NCBI RefSeq assembly: GCF_001194135.2
Contig: NC_068988.1
Span: 44,395,170-44,459,169, forward strand
DNA from: Octopus bimaculoides
Lineage: Eukaryota
Length of the DNA: 64,000 nucleotides
Reading direction: 5' to 3'
How positions within the stretch are numbered: position 1 is the stretch's first letter; every line of letters starts with the position of its first letter. The notes beneath the pieces were generated by a model. That model worked only from the letters and a program-made list of their open reading frames with translations. It searched no databases and was not told where the DNA came from. Shown one piece after another: positions 63,958-64,000 of the stretch. The position numbers and the translations under genes are program-made.

Positions 63958-64000
63958 TTCTTCTTCTTCTTCTTCTAAACAGTATACGTAATATAAATTC

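Overview
AT-rich, repeat-saturated eukaryotic DNA from a gapped short-read draft scaffold: 15 N-gaps, most of them at microsatellites. The repeat families resemble those of an octopus (coleoid cephalopod); this is inferred from family resemblance, not from a database search. I recognise no intact host gene, rRNA, true tRNA or CRISPR array. Nearly all listed ORFs are translations of microsatellites or run across N-gaps. The window is intron-like or intergenic. It is packed with tRNA-derived SINEs of several modular types (CORE, Meta/MESC-like, Nin/Deu-like and V-like cores), 3' ends of RTE LINEs, decayed RTE, CR1 and R4/Dong LINEs, Penelope-like elements (PLEs), a DD37D maT transposon, MITEs and dense microsatellites. 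Four features stand out. (1) A ~300-bp foldback element at 29168-29475 carries two minimal type I hammerhead ribozyme motifs on opposite strands; a second-family hammerhead motif lies at 27899-27934. (2) A ~950-bp minisatellite is built from STAT GAS-type and heat-shock-element-type motifs inside a larger CpG-rich element. (3) PLE-like sequence repeatedly sits in the internal (TA)n of CORE-SINEs. (4) SINE heads and tails are shuffled between families, and there are several local inverted duplications that could form dsRNA. A few + strand splice-site-bounded candidate exons are reported at low confidence.
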